From: Candidatus Uhrbacteria bacterium
GTDB lineage: Bacteria > Patescibacteriota > Patescibacteriia > UBA9934 > GWF2-40-263
Direction: 5' to 3'
Assembly: GCA_026395055.1 (NCBI GenBank)
Contig: JAPLZK010000003.1
Span: forward strand, 173,987-237,986
DNA length: 64,000 nucleotides
Shown: in pieces, positions 30,039 through 39,920 of the stretch
Position numbering within the stretch: the stretch's first letter is position 1
Layout: each line of letters starts with the position of its first letter
The notes under the pieces: generated by a model
Databases searched by the model: none
What the model saw: the letters and a program-made list of their open reading frames with translations, nothing else
Told to the model about the DNA's origin: nothing
Position numbers and translations under genes: made by a program

Positions 30039-31091
30039 CTAGACGAGATGCATGGAATTTACGACTTCGACGATGATGTCTTCTTCGATCGGAAAGTCGC
30101 CGTATTGATCGATGATGGCAACTGCTGTGCCTTCGATCACGAAAATGATTGGGTCGCGCGAGAGATCCGGATGTTTTGTTTCCTTTTCCACGTTCGCATC
30201 ATGAATCCCCATGAGGATGTCCACAATGTTTTGGCGAAAATGAATCGCCTCCGGAACCACAGCCACATGAAGCGGCATACGTGCGCGTTCCGTTGCGACA
30301 AGGCGCTCCTGAACGTTCGCAGGCGGAATCGGGAGCACAATCTGCACATCCGTTCCATTTGCGGGTTCATGATAGTTGGGCCAGAAGTTCTGGAACAAGC
30401 GATCAGTGCCACGATCATTTGTGACGGATCTCTGTACGTATCTGAGAACCTCATCGCGTTTTGCTTTCACGTCAGTGTCAAAAAAAACGCTCAAAAGCCA
30501 GATAAAAATACCGAGAGCCGGAAGCAAACCCCAGAAAAACCACGAACTTGCAAAAATACCCCAAAGAATCGTCAGTACTGTGAACGCACCCCAAATGCTC
30601 CACCATTTTTTCAAGAATGCGCTCTGCTTCACTTCAGCGTCTTTGAGCGCAGAGGCCTCCGCATCTTTGACGTAGAATTCTCCGCTCATACGCACAACGT
30701 CGCCCCGCGTTACGAAACGATACAACTTGGCACTGTCGCAAATGCGTTCCCACGCCTTGAGTGGAATCGTCGCGACCGGCACAATGTCGACGCGTTTCAG
30801 ACGTTCGAGGACAAGCCCGCGATCCGCGCGATAGCGCAGAAGCCGCTCTTGGCGTTTTGCGGCGTCCTCATCGATGATTGCATCACGCGCTGCATTGCTT
30901 GCCACACGCATACCGCCAATGATTCGAAAACGTTTTGGCGCAACGCCGAGCTCTGTGAGAGCGGAGACGTTCTGTTCACCCTCGCCCAATTCCCAGGCAA
31001 CCGAACTCTCGACCGCCTGATCAAGCAAAGCCAGATTGGTCTTTCTTGCAGTCATGGTTTTCTCCTTCTTCCTGATCTTTTTTGAACCCAC
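30039..31091 (-). CDS. Hypothetical protein with two central TM helices
   Basis: GTG start with GGAGG 9 nt upstream, own promoter and terminator, Trp-rich TM hairpin. Confidence 0.75.
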   Translation of the reverse strand: MGSKKIRKKEKTMTARKTNLALLDQAVESSVAWELGEGEQNVSALTELGVAPKRFRIIGGMRVASNAARDAIIDEDAAKRQERLLRYRADRGLVLERLKRVDIVPVATIPLKAWERICDSAKLYRFVTRGDVVRMSGEFYVKDAEASALKDAEVKQSAFLKKWWSIWGAFTVLTILWGIFASSWFFWGLLPALGIFIWLLSVFFDTDVKAKRDEVLRYVQRSVTNDRGTDRLFQNFWPNYHEPANGTDVQIVLPIPPANVQERLVATERARMPLHVAVVPEAIHFRQNIVDILMGIHDANVEKETKHPDLSRDPIIFVIEGTAVAIIDQYGDFPIEEDIIVEVVNSMHLV

Positions 31092-31100
31092 AATTCTCTT

Positions 31101-31163
31101 CCTCCAATCATAGAGGAACGTTTCCTCGTGAGCTATCCTTGCAGAAAAAAATTAAAATGTCAA
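31101..31163 (-). promoter_or_regulatory. Accessory-type promoter, 5' hairpin and SD
   Basis: TTGACA(31163-31158)-17-AAGGAT, hairpin GAGGAAACGTTCCTC, GGAGG(31105-31101). Confidence 0.6.
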
Positions 31164-31170
31164 TGAATAC

Positions 31171-31201
31171 AAAAACCATCAACGATTCGTTGATGGTTTT
31201 T
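31171..31201 (-). terminator. Terminator after mnmA
   Basis: AAAAACCATCAACGA-T-TCGTTGATGGTTTTT. Confidence 0.8.
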
Positions 31202-32339
31202 AATCAATAATTCCTCCGCCAATCATTTCGTCACCAATGTAGAAGACGATTGATTGTCCTGGAGTAACCGCGCGCTGTGGTTCGTTAAACACCACATGAA
31301 CCTGTTCTTCGCCACCAGAGGTCACAAGACACTTCTGCACGGGCTGGCGATGACGTAGACGCGCTTCACACACAATTGGATACACAGGATCTTTAAACCA
31401 ATTCAACTGTGATGCAGTTAATTCCTTCTTGAACAACGCGGGATGAAAGTTGCTGCCGACCACAATCTCGTTTGTCTCGCGACGTTTCTCGACAACGTAG
31501 TACGGATCGCCGCCGCCGATGTCCAGTCCGTGACGTTGGCCGATCGTGTAAAAGTTGATGCCAATATGTTTGCCGATAACTTTTCCGTCGGTCGTCACAA
31601 CATTTCCTGACTCTTCTTTCATGCGAGCTTTCAAAAACTCACGCATATCGACTTCGCCAACAAAACAAATTCCCGTTGAATCCTTCTTTGTTGCGACCTC
31701 AAGGTTGTGCTTTGCCGCGATCTCCCGAACAGCCGGCTTCTCGAGGTGCCCGATTGGAAACAAGACGCGAGGAATCACTGCTTTGTTGATCGCCCAGAGA
31801 AAATAGGTTTGATCTTTGTTTGGGTCGACCCCTTTTAAAATGCGACCACCCCCTGCCCCCTCCTTGGTAAGGAGGGGGTTCTCCGTGCGAGCGTAGTGAC
31901 CTGTGGCGATGAACTCACAACCGAGTTTATCTGCTTCTTTCAAAAAAAGATCGAACTTCATGTAGCGGTTACACATGACATCCGGATTTGGTGTGCGACC
32001 AGCTTCGAACTCGCGAAACATATATTCAACAACGTCACGTCGATATTCTGCTTCGAAGTCAAATGTCAAAAATGGAATCCCAAGCTGTGCAGCAACGCGC
32101 ATCGCATCTCTGCGTTCTGTCTTCCATCCACATTCCTCAAAAGACGTTCCAATGCGATCCGTTCCTTTCACCTCTGGTCCATTTACATCACCCGACCAAT
32201 TCTTCATAAACGCCCCAATCACTTCATATCCGGCTTCCAACAACAAAACCGCGGACACACTTGAGTCCACGCCGCCAGACATTCCAAGAAGTACTCTTCG
32301 ACTTCGCTCAGGATTTTCAACTTTAGGCTTGTCGTTCAT
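31200..32339 (-). CDS. mnmA: tRNA 2-thiouridylase MnmA
   Basis: GMSGGVDSSV, GRTPNPD..CN, ATGHYA, KDQTYFL, DSTGICF, AVTPGQ. Confidence 0.97.
   Translation of the reverse strand: MNDKPKVENPERSRRVLLGMSGGVDSSVSAVLLLEAGYEVIGAFMKNWSGDVNGPEVKGTDRIGTSFEECGWKTERRDAMRVAAQLGIPFLTFDFEAEYRRDVVEYMFREFEAGRTPNPDVMCNRYMKFDLFLKEADKLGCEFIATGHYARTENPLLTKEGAGGGRILKGVDPNKDQTYFLWAINKAVIPRVLFPIGHLEKPAVREIAAKHNLEVATKKDSTGICFVGEVDMREFLKARMKEESGNVVTTDGKVIGKHIGINFYTIGQRHGLDIGGGDPYYVVEKRRETNEIVVGSNFHPALFKKELTASQLNWFKDPVYPIVCEARLRHRQPVQKCLVTSGGEEQVHVVFNEPQRAVTPGQSIVFYIGDEMIGGGIID
31845..31878. repeat. GC-rich palindromic (REP/RPE-like) element in frame within mnmA
   Basis: CCCCCTCCTT-GGT-AAGGAGGGGG perfect 10-bp stem plus ACCACCCCCTG flank. 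Encodes NPLLTKEGAGGG. Confidence 0.6.
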
Positions 32340-32406
32340 AGAAAGCAGATGCTATCAGATAAGAGCTCTTCGATCAAGAGTCGATCTGTGTTAAAATATG
32401 ATTACT

Positions 32407-32817
32407 ATGAAACTCAAAAAACATCTAAAAGAGAATGTACTTAAGAATCTTGTTGTCATTCTTGCGACATTCGCCTTTTATCCGTTCCTAAAAAACGCGC
32501 TCGATGAAGTAAATTCTGCACAAGCAGGAAATTTACTTATGGTCATCAGTATGTTTCTTGTTACGGTATGTTTTGCCAACTTTGAATTCACCTACGAAAA
32601 AAGCCAGATGGACAACAAGCTCGGTAAATGGCTCGCAACTGGATCCACAGCCATTTTTATGTTCCTAATTGCGATCATGCTCGAAATCATTGTCATCATC
32701 ATCCGTACGGTTTATCCATCTCTCTTTGGCATCTTCTTTGTTATCTCCGCTCTACTCTATTTGAGTATTGTTATTTACGACTTCTGGGATTTGATTCAAT
32801 CCAGCTCACGACGCTAA
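32407..32817 (+). CDS. Hypothetical 4-TM membrane protein
   Basis: Hydrophobic ORF. TGT-TAAAAT 9 nt before ATG 32407. Confidence 0.7.
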   Translation: MKLKKHLKENVLKNLVVILATFAFYPFLKNALDEVNSAQAGNLLMVISMFLVTVCFANFEFTYEKSQMDNKLGKWLATGSTAIFMFLIAIMLEIIVIIIRTVYPSLFGIFFVISALLYLSIVIYDFWDLIQSSSRR

Positions 32818-34118
32818 AGAAGTTCGTTCAGTGTTTCTACATCTTCACGCAGCACAAAGAAATCCGTAAAGCGGATTTTTTCGTTGTATTTTTTCAACAG
32901 GTCTGAGTATTCCATCATTGGCACGTACTCGACACCATGCAAAACCTTCTTGGCCACAAAAATTGGCTGCATGCCTTCTTTTTTTTCGCCAAGCTGTGTG
33001 AGTCGGTTTCCAACAGAGTGCGTGAAGTAGCGGATATGATTCTTTTCACAAAGCTCTGTGAGTTCTTCAAGGGTGTTTCGATCTACTTCAACCTGATCTT
33101 GCAAACGCAACACACGACGTGCGGGTTCACGACGCATCAGATGTCCGCTCCAGTAATTCTTTTCTTTCTTTGCGGCTTCAAACATCATCTCAATGACTGC
33201 ACCATCTCTCAGATCTGCATACTCATACGGATCCGTTGGAATCTCTAACGTAATTTCTTTCGAGAGAATCGCTTGTTCAAGATAATGTGTGAATCCGGCT
33301 TTTGTTTTGTGATAATAAACTTGGTCGATCATGTGATAACGCGCGAGAAGAAAATCTTCAAACGCACGCACACCATTCTCGGTTAACGTAAAGATGAGCT
33401 CTCCCTCTTGCTCCACAATCCCCATCGAGGAAATAAGCCAATCGAGGTCGTAATTCCCATACGCAACACCACAATAATAACTATCGCGCAAAAGGTAATC
33501 CATGCGATCACAATCGACTTCACCGGAGATAAGACCTTTGAGAACTCTGTGCAAACTCGGAATACGAATCATGAGATTTTCAAAGAAGTGCGATGGCTTC
33601 ACACCTCCATGCACAAGGGACGCGACGTCTTGTGCAAACGCGCGATCCAGAACGTCTTCATCCGCGAGTGTTTGGATCATAAGCACACTGTAATCTTCGT
33701 GTGCGGCGCGACGCTTTTCCGGTCCATGCTTCCACCACGTCCAATCAAGGGGAAGATCGTTAAAGTTTGGAAAGACCACTTCGGACGCGTGTGAGAATGG
33801 ACCGTGACCGATATCATGCAACATGCCGGCCATGCGCACCATTTGTCCAAGCGCGTTTATTTCATCGTTCTGCAAACGTTCACGCGGAATGCGTGAGCTT
33901 GTAATGAAACGACCAAACAGACGACCCGCAACATGCATGGCGCCAAGACAATGCTCAAAACGATTGTGGACCCCTCCTGGGTACACGTACGACTGCAAAA
34001 ATCCCAATTGGCTTATGAAGCGTAATCGTTGAAAAAACGGATGGTCAATGACAGATTTTTCAAACGCATTAAATGTAATACGTTTGTGAATCGGATCGCG
34101 CAGTTCAAATTCGGCCAT
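32814..34118 (-). CDS. HD-domain phosphohydrolase, SAMHD1/dNTPase-like (YdhJ family)
   Basis: RDPIH, FQRLR.I.QLG, H.RFEH.LG, LHDIGHGPFSH, D.DRMDYL.RD, VYYHK. Confidence 0.88.
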   Translation of the reverse strand: MAEFELRDPIHKRITFNAFEKSVIDHPFFQRLRFISQLGFLQSYVYPGGVHNRFEHCLGAMHVAGRLFGRFITSSRIPRERLQNDEINALGQMVRMAGMLHDIGHGPFSHASEVVFPNFNDLPLDWTWWKHGPEKRRAAHEDYSVLMIQTLADEDVLDRAFAQDVASLVHGGVKPSHFFENLMIRIPSLHRVLKGLISGEVDCDRMDYLLRDSYYCGVAYGNYDLDWLISSMGIVEQEGELIFTLTENGVRAFEDFLLARYHMIDQVYYHKTKAGFTHYLEQAILSKEITLEIPTDPYEYADLRDGAVIEMMFEAAKKEKNYWSGHLMRREPARRVLRLQDQVEVDRNTLEELTELCEKNHIRYFTHSVGNRLTQLGEKKEGMQPIFVAKKVLHGVEYVPMMEYSDLLKKYNEKIRFTDFFVLREDVETLNELL

Positions 34119-34127
34119 ACAAAAAGA

Positions 34128-34787
34128 TTAGTTCAAAGGAAGCTGTAGAATCAGATCTTGCATCAAAGCTGGATCTTTATCAAACATGGATGTTCCGTGC
34201 CCTAAACTATTCTTCTCGATCCAGATTGTTTGTGAGGGATTTAGTCTGTGAAGTTCCATACAGCTTACAGCGGACTCTCGATCGTCATCATCTGAGGAAA
34301 CAAGAACTACACGTTGACCCTCATGAAGCTGCGTAATGAATCCATCTGTCTTCACACCACGATAATTCAGCCCCGGTGATAAAGCGATCACAAACGGAAT
34401 CTGTGCATGCTCAAACGCAAATTGAATCGCAAGATTCGCCCCAATGGACGCACCAATGACAATAATTTGAGATTCCTCGAATCCATGTTGCTGCAAAAAG
34501 TGAAATGCCGCCTCGACATCTAGAATCTTTGCTTGCTGCTCTGCCTCTGTAAATTTTTTATAATCAAGTTTCCCTCTCATGATACTTTCTCCATGCCCGC
34601 GCTCATCAATCGCGACCGATGTATACCCTGCTTTTTCTAGTTCATTCGAGAAATTATTCCAACTTTCTTTTACAGCTGGCATCATGTGTAACAAAATCAC
34701 CGCACCACGAGGATTCTCGGGGGTGCGGTAGATTCCGGCAATATCAATACCATCGGCAGTTCTTATTGTGATATGTTCCTGATCCAT
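34128..34787 (-). CDS. Alpha/beta hydrolase
   Basis: ILLH, DERGHGES, GASIG nucleophile elbow, GHG. Confidence 0.85.
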   Translation of the reverse strand: MDQEHITIRTADGIDIAGIYRTPENPRGAVILLHMMPAVKESWNNFSNELEKAGYTSVAIDERGHGESIMRGKLDYKKFTEAEQQAKILDVEAAFHFLQQHGFEESQIIVIGASIGANLAIQFAFEHAQIPFVIALSPGLNYRGVKTDGFITQLHEGQRVVLVSSDDDDRESAVSCMELHRLNPSQTIWIEKNSLGHGTSMFDKDPALMQDLILQLPLN

Positions 34788-34788
34788 A

Positions 34789-37293
34789 TCAATCGAATTT
34801 TACGCTTTGTCCTACGTGCAACTTTCCAGATGTTGGTTGTTCAGGTGATTTCTCTGCGGGTTTTTCTACTGGTACCTCGACCGGTTTCGTATCAGGCGGT
34901 GGCACAACAATAGGTTCTGTGACAATCGGAGCGTGTGGAACTTCAACCCTTGGCTCTTGTCGCTCTGGTCGTTTTTGTTCTTGAAGAGATTTTAAGGAAA
35001 TAGTTTGTCCGGTTTGTGATAGTTGTGTGGTGATTTCACGGCGAACTTCTTGTGCTCGTGTATCAGAAATACGTTCAGATGCTCGAGGTGTTCCAGGTGA
35101 ATGAGCACTGGACTGCGGAGATTCTAAGCCAGTTCCTGTTTTCTTTTTGCGTTTACGCTTGCGTTTGCGTTTTTCTCCTTCGAGGACGGGGGCAGCCGAA
35201 TGTGGCGCTTGAGGCTCATTCGTTGTTTGTGAAGGAACGCGCGACAAATTCCCCATCGGTCGAACGGGTGTTGTTATGGGCGGAGACACTTGACCCCGCG
35301 CTGGAACGAGCGGTTGCGATTGCGGCTTTGATTCTTGAGGAACTCGAATTACAGGTTCGCTAGGCGTGTTTACAACAACAGGTTTTTGTTCAACACGAAC
35401 AACAGGCACTGGAATAATTGGTGCCTCGACAACAAGTTTTGGTTCTGGTTGAACAGGAGTTGGTTGTGATAATTCTGGTTTTGGAACAGATTCGACGACA
35501 GGTTGCGGTTTTGGCGCAACAACCACGGGTTCGGATCTTCTTTGTTCCATTGGTTGCGCGGTTGCGACGGGTTTTTGTTCCGGAATCTTTTCGTTCATCT
35601 GAGGTTCCTCTACAACAACCACCTCTACAGGCTTTGGCATGAGTGTTGAAAGAGAAATGGTTGGTTCGTCTGGTAACTTATGATCTTCAACTTCCTGAAC
35701 TTCCGATGAACGCATCTCACGAGGAGATGCTTCTTTGACAGGAACCTTTGGTGGAAGATTGCGTGTATCTGCTGGCTTACCCCCCGTTTTTCCTCCACGA
35801 TTATTCTTTTCCTCACGCACAATCTCAATACAATCTTCACAGTAAATTGGACGTGAGCGATCAAGTTCTACAGGCAAAACCATTTTTTTGCCGCAACGCG
35901 AACAATCATATTCAAATTTTGGCTTCTTTGCGTCCTTTGCTGCCACCTTGTCTGTTTTCTTTTTTTCTTCCGCTTCTGCAAGCATGGTATCAACATCCAT
36001 GTTTCCCATTCCGCTCCACGTCAAAATTTGTTCTTCAATAAATCCACGTTCTTTTGCGTAACGTTCTCGAGAAACTTTAATGACACGCTCTTCTGAATCT
36101 GTCTTTTGAGAAATTGGCGGAAGCGTGATGGCAGAAAACGGCTGACTTGTTACTCCGTTGATGAGCAACTTTAAGTACACGTTATATTTTGGAAGATTGA
36201 TAATGTCTTCTGGTAAAAAACGTGGGGCAAATTCTGTTTCCATGTACTTTGCGTCCGGAGAACCCACACGAAACGAAATAATTGTTCCGACGTTACCAAA
36301 AACCGCTTCACGCACTTCATCTGTAAGCTGCGCAATGTACTGGTGAGCAATGGTTAAACACAAACGATACTTACGTGCCTCAGACAAAATCCCAGCAAAA
36401 GAATCCACAGCAAAGTTTTGGAACTCATCAACGTACAAGTAAAAGTCCATACGGTCTTTTTCTTGCATGTCTACACGTTCCATGGCGGACAATTGCAATT
36501 TCGTAATCAACAGTCCTCCAAGTAAACGAGAACTATCTTCTCCAATACGTCCCTTGGAAAGGTTAACGATGAAAATCTTTCCAGAGTCCATGATTTCACG
36601 AATGTTGATACTGGATTTCACCTGCGCAACAATGTTTCTGATCACAGAAGCAGACAAAAACTGTCCAATCTTGTTTTGGATTGGAGCCACAGCCTCCTGC
36701 GCGTATTTTTCATTATACGAAGCAAACTCTCTCAACCAGAATTGTTTCACCACAGGATCCGTCACATTCGAAACAATACGCTTGCGATAATCTGCATCTG
36801 ACAACATGCGGTTGATTCCAAGCAGCGTTGATCCTTGGTTATCAAGCAATGCGAGAATCGTGTTGTTCAAAATGTACTCCATACGGGACGACCATTGGTC
36901 TTCCCAAATCTTTTTGAAAACTCCCATCATTCCACTTGCGACCAAGTGTTTATGTCGTTCAGAGACGGCCTCCAGGATATTAAATCCAACCGGATATTCC
37001 GCGTCAGATGGATTGAAGTACACAACATCGTTAATGCGCCAGCTTGGAATGTAATTGATGAGCTTTTCTGCCGTGTCTCCGTGAGGATCCACGTAACAAC
37101 AACCGTGTCCTGCGTAAATATCAGAAAGGGTGAGGTTCTCAAGGAGAACCGTCTTTCCCATACCTGTTTTTCCAATCACATACACATGTCGACGGCGATC
37201 GTCGGTTTTGATTCCAAATTTCGTCATCGCATTTCGGAAGTTTGTCTTCGCAAAATAGTTGACCTCGTTTTCATGTTCGTGATTGTAGCCCAT
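34789..37293 (-). CDS. VirD4/TraD/HerA-like ATPase with CxxC-x17-CxxC domain and Pro-rich disordered tail
   Basis: RRRHVYVIGKTGMGKT, DPHGD, LYVDEFQNF, LSEARKY, HQY..QL, GNVGT, CSRC...IYCEDC. Confidence 0.88.
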   Translation of the reverse strand: MGYNHEHENEVNYFAKTNFRNAMTKFGIKTDDRRRHVYVIGKTGMGKTVLLENLTLSDIYAGHGCCYVDPHGDTAEKLINYIPSWRINDVVYFNPSDAEYPVGFNILEAVSERHKHLVASGMMGVFKKIWEDQWSSRMEYILNNTILALLDNQGSTLLGINRMLSDADYRKRIVSNVTDPVVKQFWLREFASYNEKYAQEAVAPIQNKIGQFLSASVIRNIVAQVKSSINIREIMDSGKIFIVNLSKGRIGEDSSRLLGGLLITKLQLSAMERVDMQEKDRMDFYLYVDEFQNFAVDSFAGILSEARKYRLCLTIAHQYIAQLTDEVREAVFGNVGTIISFRVGSPDAKYMETEFAPRFLPEDIINLPKYNVYLKLLINGVTSQPFSAITLPPISQKTDSEERVIKVSRERYAKERGFIEEQILTWSGMGNMDVDTMLAEAEEKKKTDKVAAKDAKKPKFEYDCSRCGKKMVLPVELDRSRPIYCEDCIEIVREEKNNRGGKTGGKPADTRNLPPKVPVKEASPREMRSSEVQEVEDHKLPDEPTISLSTLMPKPVEVVVVEEPQMNEKIPEQKPVATAQPMEQRRSEPVVVAPKPQPVVESVPKPELSQPTPVQPEPKLVVEAPIIPVPVVRVEQKPVVVNTPSEPVIRVPQESKPQSQPLVPARGQVSPPITTPVRPMGNLSRVPSQTTNEPQAPHSAAPVLEGEKRKRKRKRKKKTGTGLESPQSSAHSPGTPRASERISDTRAQEVRREITTQLSQTGQTISLKSLQEQKRPERQEPRVEVPHAPIVTEPIVVPPPDTKPVEVPVEKPAEKSPEQPTSGKLHVGQSVKFD

Positions 37294-37308
37294 AACGTAA
37301 GGTGAGGA

Positions 37309-38934
37309 TCAAACAGGAAGATCAGGTGGGGTAAATAATTCTTCGTCAGATGCGTCTGCGGGAGACGTATCCCCGAAACGACCTTTTGGTAAAAAGGCCT
37401 CTGCGTCTTCATGTTCTATGTCTGTAGGTGCTTTCAAGTGTGGAAGTGTTTCCGGTAATGGTTCTTTTGAAGTGACATATGTTCCTGCAAGACGAGATTC
37501 CGCAGATTCGTGATGTTCCATTGGCATTCCGCCTGGAAGAGGAAATTCATTATCCCCCGCTCCAGGCAACGTGTTCTCCAAGAATGTTGTTGGCAATCCA
37601 ACAGGAGGTTCTGCACGACGTGCTTCTGATTTCTTGATGAGTGGAGCTTTGATACTGATCGTTGGAAAATGCCAAAGCGTTGCCAACTCTTCTGCATTCA
37701 AATAAACAGGATTCGCCCCAATTCCCCAACTGCGCCCTTGAAACGCCTTCATGAGGATTGTTTGTTTTTTTTCATAATCCCACTTCTGCCAGAAGTAATC
37801 ATCCTTTGGAACAGAGGGACCATGCATCTTAAATGAATTCAAGTTCAAGTGAGAATACTGGTTCAAAATTCCCTTAATGATGGTTACACGATCTCCTTTT
37901 TTATAAACTGCCTTTTGCGCGCAATACACAATACGAATCTTCACGGCATGTCCAACCTTTATGGTTTTCTTCATGATGGCCTTTGCTTCATCTTGTTGTG
38001 CGGGACCAAGTTTAAATGCTTTCCAGGGATCTGCTTCTTTTGTTGCTTCTGACGCCATTCCAAAAAATGGCGCGAGATCGATTTCCGTAGCGTGAGCAAT
38101 TAATTCAAATGGTAATTTAAAAACAGTTTGTGCTGCAGCAACAAGGTCATTCTTCTTTGCCGCCTTATCTTCAACACCGAACGTTTTGTTTACATGTGCG
38201 ATTCCCGCCTTTTTCCATTCATGACCGGTTGGCTGAATAACCATCTGAAACCAAAAATGCTCCCCCGGTTTCATTTTAGACATTTGTTCGAGCGTGTAAC
38301 CAAGAGGATCTTTAATTTCTCCTGTCATTTGGTCTTCAAAATCCACATACGTTCGAATGGGAAAATGAGATTCCTTGTCTAACGTAAATTCCGCACCCCA
38401 CATGTCATATTTCTCATCGGGAAAGAGTTTTGGAACTTTTGTGACGTAATCATCAACCTCATTCATTTCCGCATCAGGATACTGCGCGTAAATACCTGCC
38501 TCAATGACGTCTCGGAATTTTGCTTGTGTACGAATAATAAACTGCATGTACCCTTCTTCTGAAACAATTTCAAAAGAAAACGTTGGCATGATTTTTCCAT
38601 CAAACCATTTTTCCTTAAATGTAGGACTAGATTTTGCCGCGTACAGTGCCGCAAATAAGTTTTCAAGCGCCTTTGGGGTTTGTTCTGTCATGGACGGAAC
38701 GTCAACCGCAAGACAAATATATTTTTGTTTTGCCGCGAACACTCCTTGTCGTTCTGCAAGCCACAATTCTGAAAAACCCCACAGAAGTGTTGTGAGGACA
38801 GGGATCCAACCAAACCAGACCAAGAGATCAAAAAAAATGACATCAATCGGTTGATTGAGGAAAGAAAGTGAAATCATTGGGACAGATGATTGCGCGGATT
38901 GTTGGATGATCTGAATCGCAAGCATGGGAAACAT
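37309..38934 (-). CDS. Conserved membrane-anchored partner of the VirD4-like ATPase
   Basis: N-terminal TM, P...E.LFA.L, FSFEIVS, IYAQYPDAE...DY, PIRTY..F...DPL, EELATLWHFP. Confidence 0.75.
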   Translation of the reverse strand: MFPMLAIQIIQQSAQSSVPMISLSFLNQPIDVIFFDLLVWFGWIPVLTTLLWGFSELWLAERQGVFAAKQKYICLAVDVPSMTEQTPKALENLFAALYAAKSSPTFKEKWFDGKIMPTFSFEIVSEEGYMQFIIRTQAKFRDVIEAGIYAQYPDAEMNEVDDYVTKVPKLFPDEKYDMWGAEFTLDKESHFPIRTYVDFEDQMTGEIKDPLGYTLEQMSKMKPGEHFWFQMVIQPTGHEWKKAGIAHVNKTFGVEDKAAKKNDLVAAAQTVFKLPFELIAHATEIDLAPFFGMASEATKEADPWKAFKLGPAQQDEAKAIMKKTIKVGHAVKIRIVYCAQKAVYKKGDRVTIIKGILNQYSHLNLNSFKMHGPSVPKDDYFWQKWDYEKKQTILMKAFQGRSWGIGANPVYLNAEELATLWHFPTISIKAPLIKKSEARRAEPPVGLPTTFLENTLPGAGDNEFPLPGGMPMEHHESAESRLAGTYVTSKEPLPETLPHLKAPTDIEHEDAEAFLPKGRFGDTSPADASDEELFTPPDLPV

Positions 38935-38967
38935 ATCGAGAACAGTATAGCAGGTAAAAGCGCAAAT

Positions 38968-39005
38968 AAAAAATCTCGAATTTCATAGAGGAGATTCGAG
39001 ATTTT
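38968..39005 (-). terminator. Terminator after secF
   Basis: AAAAAATCTCGAAT...ATTCGAGATTTT. Confidence 0.7.
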
Positions 39006-39016
39006 ATCTGATACAT

Positions 39017-39916
39017 TTATTTTTTCTTTCCTTTTATCCCCTCCCATGTCACAAGCGCAGGGCTTGCAAGGAAGATAGATGAATACGTTCCCGCAATGAT
39101 TCCTACGATAAGGGCAAGGGAGAACGGACGTGTTGTGTCTCCTCCAAAGAAGAAGATGGCGGTTAAACACAGCAAGGTTGTCATGGATGTGCTAATGGAA
39201 CGACGAATGGTCTGGCGAATACTGACATCAACCGTTGTTTCAAAAGATGGACTGATGTGTTTGAGCAAGTTTTCACGCGTACGATCAAACACCACAATCG
39301 TGTCTGTAATGGAATAACCAAGAACAGTCAGAATGGCCGCTACGAATGCGGTATCAACTTCCCAATTGAGAAACTTTCCAAGAATCGCGAAGACGCCGAG
39401 CGGCACGACAACGTCATGGAATGCGGTGATAATGGTGAGAACACCGTATTTCCATGAAGCAACAGGATGTGTCACTTTACGAAAGGTAAAGGCGACGTAA
39501 GAACCGATGAGCACAAGAATCAAAATGATTCCAAACGCCGCAGACTTTTGTAATTCCTTTCCAATGACTGGACCGATGGAATCAAATTTTTCTTCCGCTG
39601 TTTTGTCTCCGTATGTTTTCTTAAGATCAGACAACAATGCTTGGTGCTGTTCTTCATTTAAACTCTCAAGACGAATGAGCGCTCCGTTCGTGCTTGTTGA
39701 TTGAACAATGACATCATTATGACCAAGTTTTGCAACGTGGTCGCGCAATTCTGTTGTGACAACCGGTTTTTCAAAAGAAACTTCAAGCAAACTTCCTCCC
39801 GTAAAATCGATTCCGAGTTTTAAGCCGAACATTCCGATGGAAACCACACACACAAGCACAATCGCTCCTGAAATGGCGTACCAAAGTTTTCTGTATTTAA
39901 CAATATGGATTTGCAT
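39017..39916 (-). CDS. secF: Protein translocase subunit SecF
   Basis: LGIDFTGGS, IGPVIG.EL, HDV, GYS..DTIVVFDR.REN, GTYSSIF.A. Confidence 0.96.
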   Translation of the reverse strand: MQIHIVKYRKLWYAISGAIVLVCVVSIGMFGLKLGIDFTGGSLLEVSFEKPVVTTELRDHVAKLGHNDVIVQSTSTNGALIRLESLNEEQHQALLSDLKKTYGDKTAEEKFDSIGPVIGKELQKSAAFGIILILVLIGSYVAFTFRKVTHPVASWKYGVLTIITAFHDVVVPLGVFAILGKFLNWEVDTAFVAAILTVLGYSITDTIVVFDRTRENLLKHISPSFETTVDVSIRQTIRRSISTSMTTLLCLTAIFFFGGDTTRPFSLALIVGIIAGTYSSIFLASPALVTWEGIKGKKK

Positions 39917-39920
39917 AGGA

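Noticed and set aside
29958-31085. 375-aa plus-strand ORF
   Set aside because: Antisense shadow of 30039-31091, which has the promoter, SD, terminator and TM pattern.
34789-38934. Integrated conjugative element
   Set aside because: No relaxase, VirB4/VirB6, integrase or att sites. Flanked by housekeeping genes.
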